NCBI GenBank assembly: GCA_965222155.1
Contig: CBDCTH010000012.1
Span: 1,728,001-1,792,000 of the forward strand
Direction: 5' to 3'
Source: Gammaproteobacteria bacterium
GTDB lineage: Bacteria; Pseudomonadota; Gammaproteobacteria; Eutrophobiales; Eutrophobiaceae
DNA length: 64,000 nt
The notes under the pieces were generated by a model. The model was given only the letters and a program-made list of their open reading frames with translations, ran no database searches and was not told where the DNA came from. This document shows, piece by piece, positions 1-10,559 of the stretch. How positions within the stretch are numbered: position 1 is the stretch's first letter; each line of letters begins with the position of its first letter. A program made the translations under genes and the position numbers.

Positions 1-198
1 GGGAAAGGCAGGGAACACCATATAAGTAATATAATAATCACCTATCTGTGTTTCTACCTGCATACTGGGAGGTGTAGTTGAATCTTCATTGAGACTATAA
101 GATGGCCTGCCAAGTACATGATGCGCCTGAACGGGAATAGATAAAACAATAATGGATAGAAACAGGGTTAAACCATAGGACGAGAGCGACATCGTCGA

Positions 199-1158
199 CT
201 AATCTCCCTGGTAATGCCTGCCAAGATGGCCCGGCCCCTGATAGGTGATATCCTTTACATTTATTTTGAAGACTAACGCATCCGTAGGACACACAGCGAT
301 GCAGGCTGTGCAGTTATTACATTCCTGGCCGAAACCATCGCGCATAGGGTCAAGTTCAAACTCACACACCGCCGTACATTTTGCGCAATCGTTGCAACTG
401 TCTGCCTTTCGTTGAATTCGAAATAACCGATAACGCCCCAATAGTGAATACAAGGCGCCCCCCGGACAAACGTAACGGCAAAAGCCACGACGCGCCACCA
501 TTAAATCAAACAGCAATGTCAGGACGAAAAATACCGCTCCTGCGCCAAATCCTCCCAAAGCTATTGCGTAATAAATTTCACGACCGATGATGGCAGGCGG
601 GTAAATAGCCGCGAACAGTACTGAACCGGTCACCATTGATAATATGCCTCCAAAAATCAGTACCAGGTATTTCAGGCGTCGATCAAAATGACGATTACCT
701 GTTGGTAATCCTGCTCTATGTAACCAGGCGGCCATATTGGTATTGAGTTCGTAAAGCAAGGTTGCCGGACAGATCCAGCCACAGAATATCCGACCGAATA
801 TCAGTGTAATAATAATGGGGATAAGCGCCGTAATTAAAAAAGGTGAATAAATATCCAGACCGGCTGAAATCTGGCCAACAACAGACAGCGGATCACTGAG
901 TTTCAATCCAAGTATCGTAGCGGACCAGGTTGTGCCTTTGATGGCGTCAAGGTCGTGTTCCGGGTCATCGACAAAAGGCGTTGTCAACATCTCCATAACA
1001 TCATAGAGATTTCGCTCTGACGGTGTTAACAGATCGTAAGCATGCGCTGCGACATAGCTTTGATATACGCTGATATACGGCAGCAAAATAAGTATTAAAA
1101 ATACGCTGATCAGGCTGACCCAACGTAATTTGTTCAGGTGCCGAATGTAATGCTTCAT
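199..1158 (-). CDS. NapH/MauN-family ferredoxin-type membrane protein (quinol dehydrogenase component)
   Basis: Several TM helices; GRIFCGWICP and RRGFCRYVCPGG motifs; two C-terminal CxxCxxCxxxC [4Fe-4S] motifs. Confidence 0.85.
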   Translation of the reverse strand: MKHYIRHLNKLRWVSLISVFLILILLPYISVYQSYVAAHAYDLLTPSERNLYDVMEMLTTPFVDDPEHDLDAIKGTTWSATILGLKLSDPLSVVGQISAGLDIYSPFLITALIPIIITLIFGRIFCGWICPATLLYELNTNMAAWLHRAGLPTGNRHFDRRLKYLVLIFGGILSMVTGSVLFAAIYPPAIIGREIYYAIALGGFGAGAVFFVLTLLFDLMVARRGFCRYVCPGGALYSLLGRYRLFRIQRKADSCNDCAKCTAVCEFELDPMRDGFGQECNNCTACIAVCPTDALVFKINVKDITYQGPGHLGRHYQGD

Positions 1159-1169
1159 GTCACCAGGAC

Positions 1170-1757
1170 TTACACGCTGTGATTTGGAATAACGCGGATC
1201 GCCTGTGGTATTTGAATACAGGAACGTTCACACAGGCCACAACCAACACAGGCGTCTTGTACATGGGGTTGTTCCATCCAACCCACTTTGATGGCAATAT
1301 CGGGCAACGGGCAGGCCCGATAACAAACACCGCATGATTTTCCCTGGTATGACAGGCAAAGGTTTTCGTCTACGCGGGCTTTACCCATGTTGACGAAATT
1401 AAGGATTGCATCTGCTTCACGTTCAACAGATTTAATGGCGCCAGTCGGGCAGGCCTCACCACATTTCATACAGAGAATACAGGCTTGTTCCCGCGGTGTT
1501 ATGTAAGGAGTACCGTAAGAGCGAAAACCATTTTCAGTACCAAAAAATTTTATACATCTGTTGGGACAAGCTTCACCACACTTGCCACAACGGATACAAC
1601 GACTGACAAAATCAGATTCTGAAAGAGAACCGGGTGGGCGTAGATAACGTATCCCTGTTTTTTTACTGTTTAGCGCATTCACTACCGGCGCGGCGGCTAA
1701 AGTAGACGCTGTTGTAATCAAATCCTGCAAAAATTGTCTACGTTTCATATCTGTCAC
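1170..1757 (-). CDS. NapG/MauM-family polyferredoxin with Tat-like signal
   Basis: KRRQFL, LRPPG, four Cys-rich [4Fe-4S] motifs (CIRCGKCGEACP, CILCMKCGEACP, C..CYRACP, CVGCGLCERSC). Confidence 0.85.
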   Translation of the reverse strand: MTDMKRRQFLQDLITTASTLAAAPVVNALNSKKTGIRYLRPPGSLSESDFVSRCIRCGKCGEACPNRCIKFFGTENGFRSYGTPYITPREQACILCMKCGEACPTGAIKSVEREADAILNFVNMGKARVDENLCLSYQGKSCGVCYRACPLPDIAIKVGWMEQPHVQDACVGCGLCERSCIQIPQAIRVIPNHSV

Positions 1758-1812
1758 CTGGACAGAAAAAGAAAACCGTAATCCCGCATACTCCCTATGT
1801 CAGGCTTAATAG

Positions 1813-4503
1813 CTACACTTTTTCTATCCTGCAAGCGAGTTTTTTGAAATCTACCTGGCCCGACACCAGATCCCAGATGCGACTGGATGTATTATTAACC
1901 AGCCATTTGTTCTTTTTTGGATCCGCACTGTCGGCAACTGACAGGTTCCAGGGACTGAACATATATCCTCGCGGCACCGAATTACGTGCAGGTTTTACCA
2001 GACTGTTTGTCCCTACCTGCGCTTTGGCCTCGTAATGACCGCGCCGTGTAATGAGCCGTACTTTATCACCGTCTTTTATCCCCAATGTATTTGCATCATC
2101 CGGATGCATTTCAACATACTGCTCCGGAACCAGACGCCGGGTGGTTGGCGTACGAATGGATTTGGCTGTATGAAAATGTTCATAGACCACGCCAAGGCCA
2201 AGCCAGTAAGGGTATTTATCCTTTGGAACAGTTTCCCAATTTTTGTCGCGAAATTCGTCATCAGGCAGGTCAGGGGTCAAGCCCTTGTCGCGGGCTTCTT
2301 CAAGAAGAGCAAGATTATCGATGGTATATACGCCTTCCTTACTGCCGAACTCCATCAATTTTTTTGTGATTTCTTTACGATCGCTATAATCCTGTTGACA
2401 TAACTTGAAATGCACCTTGCCGTCTTTTGTTCTGAAATAACCATATGGTCTGTTCTCCCAATCACCTTCCTGTAACATGTAACGGCGTTTGGTGCCGCCA
2501 GCTTTGGCGATAGCGTAGGTTGGAGCAGGCCATTGAATGCCGCGAAGTTTACGCAGTTGATCATAGGGGCTGACATTATCCACTTTTTCCACTTCAAGAA
2601 TGCCCGTGAGGTTGGTATCCGTCCCGGCAGATGCCCGAACGACCTCCCGAAAAATTTCCTCAGCATCATAGGTGCCATCTTCACCTCTTTTGTAGGGAAA
2701 TATTTCATCTGCATTGAGGCCTAACAGGTGTGCCACTTCTTTGCCTTTGTCGATGACCATGTCCAAATCGGGACGACACCCTGGTGGCGGTTCAGCAGCT
2801 TTGTCGCAAATATTAATGCGGCGTTCCGAACTGATATAGACTCCTCGTACTTCACCCCAGGTTGCCGCAGGAAAGATTACATCTGCATAGAGATTATTGG
2901 GGGCATGGCGATAGATTTCCTGCACTACATTGAATGTCTTCATTAACGCCGGGCGGATGAGATTTTGTTGATCAGGCAAATCGATATGCGTTGCATAGAC
3001 CAGGAACAACGCTTTAACCTCGTCTTTCAAGGCGCGTTCCATCATACCAATCGCATATCCCGGATTTTCTGACTTAAGTGCATTCTTGAGATTCTTCTCC
3101 GGAACACGCCAGTGCCTGGCCATGTGTGTAAGGTGTTTTAAATTGGATAAGGGTTCATTAAAGGGCAGTCGTCCGGTCAAACCTCCGGTAAAGCGTTCCC
3201 CCATCGCATTCGGTTGTCCCGTCATCGAAAACGGACCACAACCCGGTTTGGCCAGGTTCCCCGTTAATGCCAGTAGATTAATGATGGAGATAACATTGTT
3301 TTGACCATGGATATGCTGGTTATAACCGATGCCCCACATTATGATCACGCCACCATAACCATCATTGGATTGACTTAATTTACTTCGTTGCAGACGTTTG
3401 CGCGTTGCCTCCGCAAACATGCCGGCTACACGACGTATCAATGCAGGTGTAACCTCATCCGATCCCATGCGGTCCTGCACCTGTTCAGGACTGTAGCCCG
3501 TCAATACACCGGCAGAATATTCCTGCCAACCGGTAGCATGCTCTTTTACAAACTCCCAATCGATAATATCGCCATGCTCTTTCAAAAGGACATGGGCAAT
3601 TGCATTCAAAAAACTGATATCACCATTCAGTACGGGAACATGTACATGGTTTTTCGGATTAATGTCTTCATAGCCTGTGCTCGTGCCGGTCAGACGAGGA
3701 TCAACCACGACAGTCGGGATATCCTTTTTCTTTTTGTGGTCTGCCGCACGCCAGAAGACAATCGGATGTGATTCACGGGCATTATGCCCGAAGTGCATGA
3801 TCATATCGCAGAGTTCGATGTCCTCATAGGCCAGCGGCGGTGTGTCGGATCCAAGAGTTGCAAAATATCCCGTCACCGCCGATGTCATACACATCCTGGC
3901 ATTCGCTTCGATGGTATTGGAGCCGAGGACACCCTTCATAAACAGATTTTCAAGATACTGGCCTTCCATTGTCAATTGACCGGAACCGTATAAGGCAATG
4001 GAATTCCCTGTGTATTTTTTTACATAATTCGCAATTTTATGCGCCACCATTTCTGATGCCTTTTCATAAGGCGCCCGCACAAAATGTTCTTCATCGAAGG
4101 AACCTTTACTCTTGCTGATATAATCCAGGTCTCCATGGTTCGGTTTATTCCATTCTTCCCATACATCCTTACGCACGTATGAGTCACCTTCCATACGGTC
4201 GACATACATGGGTTCTGCTGCGGTCAGTCCCTTGATGCACTGTAAACCGTAATTGGTTGGGTGGTCCTTGTCCGGACGCACGGAAACAATTTTGCCATTT
4301 TCTGTCTGTATGATAGTGCCACAGCCAACACCGCAATAAGGGCATTGGGCCAAGGCGGTACCGCGCGAAACGGAACCGGCAGGGGCAGGAGCTGCTTCCA
4401 ATTCAGGGTTATTGCCAACAAATAAACTCGCACCCGCAGCTGAGCCGGTTATAAACGCGCTACCTTTCAGAAAATCTCTTCTATTGGCCTTGAAACGTTT
4501 CAT
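1813..4503 (-). CDS. Tat-exported molybdopterin oxidoreductase of the NapA/NasA nitrate reductase family
   Basis: NRRDFLK Tat signal; CPYCGVGC...CIKG [4Fe-4S]; NARMCMTSA Mo-ligating Cys; SMTGQPNAMG; C-terminal molydop-binding domain (VEMHPDDA). Confidence 0.85.
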   Translation of the reverse strand: MKRFKANRRDFLKGSAFITGSAAGASLFVGNNPELEAAPAPAGSVSRGTALAQCPYCGVGCGTIIQTENGKIVSVRPDKDHPTNYGLQCIKGLTAAEPMYVDRMEGDSYVRKDVWEEWNKPNHGDLDYISKSKGSFDEEHFVRAPYEKASEMVAHKIANYVKKYTGNSIALYGSGQLTMEGQYLENLFMKGVLGSNTIEANARMCMTSAVTGYFATLGSDTPPLAYEDIELCDMIMHFGHNARESHPIVFWRAADHKKKKDIPTVVVDPRLTGTSTGYEDINPKNHVHVPVLNGDISFLNAIAHVLLKEHGDIIDWEFVKEHATGWQEYSAGVLTGYSPEQVQDRMGSDEVTPALIRRVAGMFAEATRKRLQRSKLSQSNDGYGGVIIMWGIGYNQHIHGQNNVISIINLLALTGNLAKPGCGPFSMTGQPNAMGERFTGGLTGRLPFNEPLSNLKHLTHMARHWRVPEKNLKNALKSENPGYAIGMMERALKDEVKALFLVYATHIDLPDQQNLIRPALMKTFNVVQEIYRHAPNNLYADVIFPAATWGEVRGVYISSERRINICDKAAEPPPGCRPDLDMVIDKGKEVAHLLGLNADEIFPYKRGEDGTYDAEEIFREVVRASAGTDTNLTGILEVEKVDNVSPYDQLRKLRGIQWPAPTYAIAKAGGTKRRYMLQEGDWENRPYGYFRTKDGKVHFKLCQQDYSDRKEITKKLMEFGSKEGVYTIDNLALLEEARDKGLTPDLPDDEFRDKNWETVPKDKYPYWLGLGVVYEHFHTAKSIRTPTTRRLVPEQYVEMHPDDANTLGIKDGDKVRLITRRGHYEAKAQVGTNSLVKPARNSVPRGYMFSPWNLSVADSADPKKNKWLVNNTSSRIWDLVSGQVDFKKLACRIEKV

Positions 4504-4512
4504 AACCTTCTC

Positions 4513-5175
4513 CTAATGAGTTTGTTTTGCTAATTCGCGCATATAAACAATTATGTCGTCGATTTCTTTATCGGTAAGGTTCGCCAATCCTGCGGCACCG
4601 GAGAAACCTCGCATGCGAGTATTGGAACGGCCATGCTTTATCGTAGTACGGAGAAATCCATCGGAGGCCTTATTGAGAAAACCAGCTTTGCCAATTGCGG
4701 TACCGGTACCACCAGCGATATAGCCATCACCCTGATAACCATGACAGGTAGCACAAATCCGGTCGAACCAGAACTTCCCTGCCTTGGGATCTCCCAGGGC
4801 TGCAGGTTGATTATCAATTTCTGTGGATTTGTCAGGTAATTCCGAATGGGATTTAAGGTATATGCCTATAGCTTCGATGCCTTCCGGCTCCAAATGAGTA
4901 AAAGGCGGCATTCCTGTGCCCGGGCGTCCATCACGAATTGTTCCCAGTAGAAATTCGTCTGATACGGCAGATAGAAATTCAGCGTTGGTGAGTGATGGCG
5001 CAAATCCCACTTTTCCTATGGCATCTGCTTGATGACAAAATATGCAGTTCCTCTCATATAAATCTTTTCCCTTTGCAATCATCAGGGAATCATCAGAAAC
5101 TGCGGCTGTCGGAAATAACAGACAAGAAAACATCAGAATCTTCGTCCTGGTGAGAAATCTTCTAATATTTTTCAT
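4513..5175 (-). CDS. Periplasmic dihaem cytochrome c
   Basis: Signal peptide from ATG 5175; CIFCH...GMPPF and CATCH...RMRGF haem domains. Confidence 0.9.
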   Translation of the reverse strand: MKNIRRFLTRTKILMFSCLLFPTAAVSDDSLMIAKGKDLYERNCIFCHQADAIGKVGFAPSLTNAEFLSAVSDEFLLGTIRDGRPGTGMPPFTHLEPEGIEAIGIYLKSHSELPDKSTEIDNQPAALGDPKAGKFWFDRICATCHGYQGDGYIAGGTGTAIGKAGFLNKASDGFLRTTIKHGRSNTRMRGFSGAAGLANLTDKEIDDIIVYMRELAKQTH

Positions 5176-5415
5176 TGTGATACCCTCAGACATACCAAAT
5201 AAATTCTGGCAAATTAAAATCGACTGGTCAAGCAATTAATCAACACAACCGCATACTCTCAAATTCTGCTGCACATGCCGGTTGGCAACCTGGACTGTTC
5301 CTGGCTGGCATCGTCTTATTGAAGCAATAATGAGGCCAGGAGGATACTGAAACATCAGGCGTTTTTACACGGCCTGATGCGTAAGTATGACAGTATGGAC
5401 GTAGGTCCTCCGTCT

Positions 5416-6289
5416 TCAGGCACTGAGTGAGTCTCTAACGCGTTCCCGGGTAAACGGCATGTGTCGCAAGCGCTTGCCCGTCAGCCGTTCAAACGCATTG
5501 GCGATGGCGGGCGCCACCAGAACGGCGCCGGTTTGGCCAACGGCACTGGGTTCATCTCCTCCCGGCAACACTTCAATGTGGATTCCAGGTGTGTCAGCCA
5601 TGGTCGGCAGCTTATAGTCATTGAAATTCACCTGTTGCACCCGCCCGTTCCTGAACGTGATACGCTCAGTCAGGGCATTCCCCAGGCCGTATACCACCGC
5701 CCCCATTACCCAGACGACGGAATTAAGTGGCTCCAACTGGGCGTGATACACGTAATCCGTCCGGTAAACCCGGTCTATAATCGTTTTCGCAGCATTAAAC
5801 ACCGATTCCACGTCTCCATGCTGATTCCATACCTCTCCTTTTCGAGCAAGGTTACGGGCCAGTTCACCATGCTGCATTATGCAGCAATATATGGCGCGAC
5901 TGGGCGCCGAAGTGGCGTAACTGCTGGTAATAGCCGGATACGGCAGTACTCGCAGCCGTGTACATCAAGCCGAAAAATCCCGGGTTGCCGTAAATCTCCG
6001 GATCGGAAGGCGACATTTCGATACGTACATCATCCCAGGCAACATCCAGTTCCTCGGCAAATATCACGGGCAATGCCGTTGTCGAACCCTGGCCCAGTTC
6101 GTCGACAGTAGAGAAAATCGTGACAATACCGTTGCCGGCGATGTTGACCCAGGCATTAGGGGCAAAGCTGTTTTGTCGGGTAGCAGACAGGCCGGTTCCC
6201 GGGTTACCACATCCTGGTATGGAGCCAACGGCGAAACCGACGGTCAGGCCGGTGCTTAATTTGAGGAACTGCCGGCGGCGGCTGTGCAT
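5416..6289 (-). pseudogene. Internally deleted, frameshifted isoquinoline 1-oxidoreductase beta (IorB)-like molybdo-subunit
   Basis: N-terminus (RRRQFLK...ELGQGSTTALPVIFAEELDVAW), a middle fragment (YVYHAQLEPLN) and the C-terminus (VQQVNFNDY...APAIANA...GKRLRHMP) total about 290 aa in two frames; the family is normally about 700 aa. Confidence 0.8.
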
Positions 6290-6307
6290 GGTTCTTGACA
6301 GGTACAG

Positions 6308-7201
6308 TTAGTTATCGGTTCCAGCAATATCAGCAGGTTCAAGCTTATCCTGGGTCCGGGTATTAAAGTCACTCGCATCATGGCGTTCCCGTAGCTGCTC
6401 TTCGGGTTCGCCCCAACTCCGATTCACCATACGGCCGCGCTGGACGGCAGGGCGCTCTCTTATTTCGTTGGTCCATCGATTCAGGTGAATATAGGACGCG
6501 GTATCCAGAAACTCGGCGGCTCCATAGACTCTGTTCAAGACAAGGTTTCCGTACCAGGGCCAGACAGCAATATCGGCGATGCTGTATTCATCTCCGCAAA
6601 TGTATTGACAATCAGCCAGATGACGGTCGAGTACGTCCATCTGGCGTTTCACTTCCATGGCATATCGATTGATGGGGTATTCGAATTTTTCCGGTGCATA
6701 AGCATAGAAGTGCCCAAAGCCGCCACCAAGATAAGGCGCGCTGCCCATTTGCCAGAACAACCAGGACAGGCATTTCGTACGCAGGGCCGGATCTTCAGGG
6801 ATCAACGCGCCGAATTTCTCCGCCAGGTAAAGCAGGATGGCTCCTGATTCAAACAGGCGTACAGGCTTCTTGCCGCTGCGATCAATGAGGGCGGGGATCT
6901 TGGAATTCGGGTTAAGTTCGACAAAACCGCTGCCGAACTGGTCACCTTCTCCAATATCAATCAGCCAGGCATCATATTCAGCCCCTGCAAACCCCAGGGC
7001 CAGGAGTTCTTCCAGCATCACGGTAACTTTCACACCGTTAGGTGTGGCAAGTGAATAAAGCTGCAAGGGATGTTTGCCGGCGGGCAATTCCTTTTCATGC
7101 GTCGCACCCGCAATCGGTCGGTTAATGTTTTCAAATTGTCCACCACTTGGCGCATCCCAGGTCCAGACCCTGGGCGGACTGTATGAGGAATTACCGCCCA
7201 T
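6308..7201 (-). CDS. yghU: Glutathione-dependent disulfide-bond oxidoreductase (GST Nu class)
   Basis: YSPPRVWTW, NRPIAGATHEKELP, LYSLATPNGVKV, GGGFGHFYAYAP, LRERHDASDF; start placed at ATG 7201. Confidence 0.9.
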   Translation of the reverse strand: MGGNSSYSPPRVWTWDAPSGGQFENINRPIAGATHEKELPAGKHPLQLYSLATPNGVKVTVMLEELLALGFAGAEYDAWLIDIGEGDQFGSGFVELNPNSKIPALIDRSGKKPVRLFESGAILLYLAEKFGALIPEDPALRTKCLSWLFWQMGSAPYLGGGFGHFYAYAPEKFEYPINRYAMEVKRQMDVLDRHLADCQYICGDEYSIADIAVWPWYGNLVLNRVYGAAEFLDTASYIHLNRWTNEIRERPAVQRGRMVNRSWGEPEEQLRERHDASDFNTRTQDKLEPADIAGTDN

Positions 7202-8201
7202 TAGCGGCCTTGCTCTCGGCGACCAGGCACAGGATTTCAAACAGCATCTGTTTGCCGACCTGCGGTGTATTGGTCGTAGTATCGTACTGGGGGGCGACCT
7301 CAACCAGGTCGCCACCCACGAATTTCAGTCCTCGCAATCCCCTGAGAAGCTGGATTGCCTCAGCGGTAGTTATGCCGCCGATCTCCGGTGTGCCGGTGCC
7401 GGGGGCATAGACCGGATCCAGGCCGTCCACGTCGAAACTGATATAAGCAGGCCCGTCTCCCAACACTTCGCGGGTTTTCTCGATGACTGCCTCAACCCCC
7501 ATTGCATGAAAATCCTGGATGGGTATCACCGTCATGCCTGAATCATAGGAAAATTCCCAGAACACCTCGGCTGCGCCCCTGATACCGACCTGCACGCAAC
7601 GGTCCGGATCCAGTACCCCGTCCAGGACGGCGTGGCGGAACGGGCCGCCGTGATGGAATTTGTGGTCCTCCAGCGCTCCCATGGTATCGCAATGGGCGTC
7701 TATATGGATCATGCCCAACGGTTCGTCCCGGCCCACCGCCTTCATGATCGGATACGTCACGGAATGATCGCCCCCTGCCGATACCGGGATCACTCCTGCA
7801 TCCACGACCTTGTGGTAATACTGCTCTATGGTCCGTATGCCCTCATCCAGGCTGAAACCGTGCAAGGGCACGTCACCGATATCCGCGATGGTGCAGAGAT
7901 CAAAGGGGTTGACCCTGGTCTGATGGTTAAAAGGCCCTACCGCCATGGATATGTTTCTTATGGAACGCGGTCCGAAACGCGCCCCGGTCCGGTGCACCAC
8001 GCCGGCGTCGAAGGGTACGCCGATCAACGCAATATCCAGCCCTTCCGGCGTCTCTTTATAGGGAGCGTCACACAAGGTGGCGATACCGGTCAACATATCC
8101 GTAGCGCCGAGCATGGCCTTTGCATGGTCCGGGTCGTCTACCTGATGATAAGGCTGGTCCCGGTACTTGTTGCGCAGCACTGCAAGTTTTTGTTGATCCA
8201 T
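7191..8201 (-). CDS. Agmatinase/ureohydrolase family protein
   Basis: GARFGP, GGDHS, DAHCD, SFDVDGLDP...APGTGTPE, VEVAP metal-binding motifs. Confidence 0.9.
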   Translation of the reverse strand: MDQQKLAVLRNKYRDQPYHQVDDPDHAKAMLGATDMLTGIATLCDAPYKETPEGLDIALIGVPFDAGVVHRTGARFGPRSIRNISMAVGPFNHQTRVNPFDLCTIADIGDVPLHGFSLDEGIRTIEQYYHKVVDAGVIPVSAGGDHSVTYPIMKAVGRDEPLGMIHIDAHCDTMGALEDHKFHHGGPFRHAVLDGVLDPDRCVQVGIRGAAEVFWEFSYDSGMTVIPIQDFHAMGVEAVIEKTREVLGDGPAYISFDVDGLDPVYAPGTGTPEIGGITTAEAIQLLRGLRGLKFVGGDLVEVAPQYDTTTNTPQVGKQMLFEILCLVAESKAANGR

Positions 8202-8277
8202 ATCGCTCTCCTGGAAGTGTGTTAAGGAAACCCTTACTTAATCTGAGGTTCCTGTAAACCCAGTTACCCTGCTGTAA

Positions 8278-9414
8278 TCAGTGTTTCACGGTCCTGCTGC
8301 GGTTTACCCGGGCAAAAATAATAACCGCCAACACCGCCGCCGGCCACTGTATCCACGCGATTGCTTCATAACCCGTCTCCTCTATGAGAAACGCGCCGAA
8401 AACAGGACCAAGCGCGGTACTGAGAACAAATACGCCACCGGCGATGGCTGCCCAGCGGCCTTTAGCGTCGACGCCGGCTGCCAGGGTCAACATCAGCGGT
8501 ATCATTATAATGAACAACACTGCCTCAAAAAAGGCGACTATTCCCAGCATGATAACAGAGTCGGTCCAGACAGCCAGGGTAACCGACACTGCATGCAATA
8601 CCGTGGTTGCGCATAGTCCCGCCACCAGACCGAACCTGCCGGCTACCGGCGCGGCAAGCAGTCCGCCGATAATGCCGGCAATCTGAACCGCGGCAACGAT
8701 GCGGCCGGTTTCAGACGGATCGGCGCCGATCTGTACAGCCAGACGTTCCAGAAAAGCGTAATACGCCATCATGCTGATACCGATGACCATGATGCCGGCC
8801 ATAAGGATAGAACCGGCGCGGATACTGTCCACAGGTAGCGAGAGCGCGGCTGACGCACTGCCACGCTCCGGCAAGAACCAGACTAAAGGCAGGAACATCA
8901 GCAGCGTTACTGCCAGGTATCCATACAAGATATCATACGTAACCAGGTCGTTGCTCTCGGTAATCACGATGGCCATGATGGAGGTGAAAATGTAGGCTGC
9001 AGCCCAGGCCAGACCGTACAACAGGTCCGGAGCACGCGCCTGCGCAATCGCGGCATTGACCGTCGCCATCAGGCAACCGCAGCCCGCCCCTGCCAATATC
9101 CGCCATGGATACAGTTCATTGAGGTTAGCGGCCGTTGCTGCGCCTGCATGTCCCGCCAACAGCAGGATACCTCCTGCAAGTGCCAGGAGACGATACGGTA
9201 TCCTGACGCTGACGGGCGCCACCAGGATGCTGGTGATACCCATGACCAGCAGTTCGACTGTTATCAGGGCGCCTGCTTCAACTTCACCGATATTCAGTCC
9301 GATAATCAGACCGCCGACAGCCAGTGGAGACAGAATGACCGACGCGATCGCCAATACCTGGGCAGCGCAAGTACCGATAATGTGTCGAACGGGGTCGCGG
9401 GTTTGATCAGCCAA
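8278..9414 (-). CDS. MFS transporter
   Basis: About 12 hydrophobic helices in 378 aa; within the DUF1989-ureohydrolase operon. Confidence 0.75.
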   Translation of the reverse strand: MADQTRDPVRHIIGTCAAQVLAIASVILSPLAVGGLIIGLNIGEVEAGALITVELLVMGITSILVAPVSVRIPYRLLALAGGILLLAGHAGAATAANLNELYPWRILAGAGCGCLMATVNAAIAQARAPDLLYGLAWAAAYIFTSIMAIVITESNDLVTYDILYGYLAVTLLMFLPLVWFLPERGSASAALSLPVDSIRAGSILMAGIMVIGISMMAYYAFLERLAVQIGADPSETGRIVAAVQIAGIIGGLLAAPVAGRFGLVAGLCATTVLHAVSVTLAVWTDSVIMLGIVAFFEAVLFIIMIPLMLTLAAGVDAKGRWAAIAGGVFVLSTALGPVFGAFLIEETGYEAIAWIQWPAAVLAVIIFARVNRSRTVKH

Positions 9415-10018
9415 TTTGAATACGGAGCGGGGTGGATTTGCCGCCTATGGGATCGATTCCCTCAATCGTTAGATCCGCTGAACACGCGGTTACCGCGATA
9501 ATAACGTCCATTTCAGCCCTGAACTCAACATAGTCACCTGCCTTACTGAGTGTTTGCCCAACTGCGAAATCGCCATTGGGCTTCGGCGCCGTATTCTGAA
9601 ACAGGTTAAAGGGGTCCGGTGGCGGTTCCATGCTGATGTCCAGTTCCTTAATGGCCCAGTAAAAATTATCCCTGCAGTTGGGATGTGATGCATTCGCTCC
9701 AAGGTCTACATAGAAACCCGGATCACAGGGAGCGAAAGCCATGTCGTGGCGACCCGGAGACGTATCATCCAGAAAGGTCAGCATGGGCCGGCGGCGATTA
9801 CTGTACAGGAAGTCGCCTGGTTTGGGCACCAACCTGAAGATGACCTGGCGCGTCAACGCCGGGCTGAAGTATTCGTGCGGGCTGTCATTGGATAGAATGA
9901 ACATATCGGCAATCTGGCAACCTTCCACATCGATTACCCGGAAAATACCACCCCGTTCAAGACGGAGGGCGCGGCCCTCGTAACCTGGTATTTCAATGCC
10001 GTTATCTGCCATGGTCAT
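9407..10018 (-). CDS. DUF1989 (urea carboxylase-associated) family protein
   Basis: VIDVEGCQIAD, LYSNRRRPML, HDMAFAPC, HPNCRDN, PFNLFQN, SKAGDYVEFRAEMD..TACS. Confidence 0.85.
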   Translation of the reverse strand: MTMADNGIEIPGYEGRALRLERGGIFRVIDVEGCQIADMFILSNDSPHEYFSPALTRQVIFRLVPKPGDFLYSNRRRPMLTFLDDTSPGRHDMAFAPCDPGFYVDLGANASHPNCRDNFYWAIKELDISMEPPPDPFNLFQNTAPKPNGDFAVGQTLSKAGDYVEFRAEMDVIIAVTACSADLTIEGIDPIGGKSTPLRIQIG

Positions 10019-10115
10019 ACTCTCATTCTAACTGATTGAATAATAAGAACTTATAAATAGGGGTGTTAAACTTGTGTTATAACTGTTTGCGTGACCTGCA
10101 GTTCTTTCACTGTTC

Positions 10116-10544
10116 CTATGCTGTACGGCTGATTATTTTAACCAGCGAACGGACAATTGTTTTGGAGACCTTTGAGAAGAGTTTAGGGGGCAAAACACCA
10201 TAACTGTATTTCTTCTTACCTGATTTGGTTATTGGCCTGATATCCGGGCCGGGCCAGGTAAACCGATTCACTTCATTGCAGATAATCCATGAACGGTCGC
10301 TGTCCAGGCCCAGGTATTCTTTTACTTTGCGCGGGATTTCCACCACCATATCAGGATTCTCCTGTTCTCTGTGTGTAATCGGCACAACTGTGACTACAAG
10401 ATGGTTTCCCTTTATTTTCCTGGATAAAACAACTGCACACGGCCTGTCTTTTACACCTTCGTCCCGCCCTGTCAGGTAATCTTTACGCCAGAGATATGAG
10501 TAGCTGATAACAAAACCCGGAAACGGCTCTGGAATCTGTGTCAT
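10116..10544 (-). CDS. PemK/MazF-like toxin
   Basis: YSYLW...EGVKDRPCAVV...VVPITH...LGLD...SWI...EVNRFTWPGPD; directly downstream of a Phd antitoxin. Confidence 0.75.
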   Translation of the reverse strand: MTQIPEPFPGFVISYSYLWRKDYLTGRDEGVKDRPCAVVLSRKIKGNHLVVTVVPITHREQENPDMVVEIPRKVKEYLGLDSDRSWIICNEVNRFTWPGPDIRPITKSGKKKYSYGVLPPKLFSKVSKTIVRSLVKIISRTA

Positions 10545-10559
10545 CTGGCGTTTTTCTTA

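Noticed and set aside
7202-7315. N-terminal extension of yghU; similar extensions at 14940, 29513, 35272, 39593 and 49866
   Set aside because: They overlap neighbouring genes or repeats; family similarity and RBS positions favour the downstream starts
10020-10115. Guanidine riboswitch upstream of DUF1989
   Set aside because: No ykkC or mini-ykkC motif recognisable in this short AT-rich spacer
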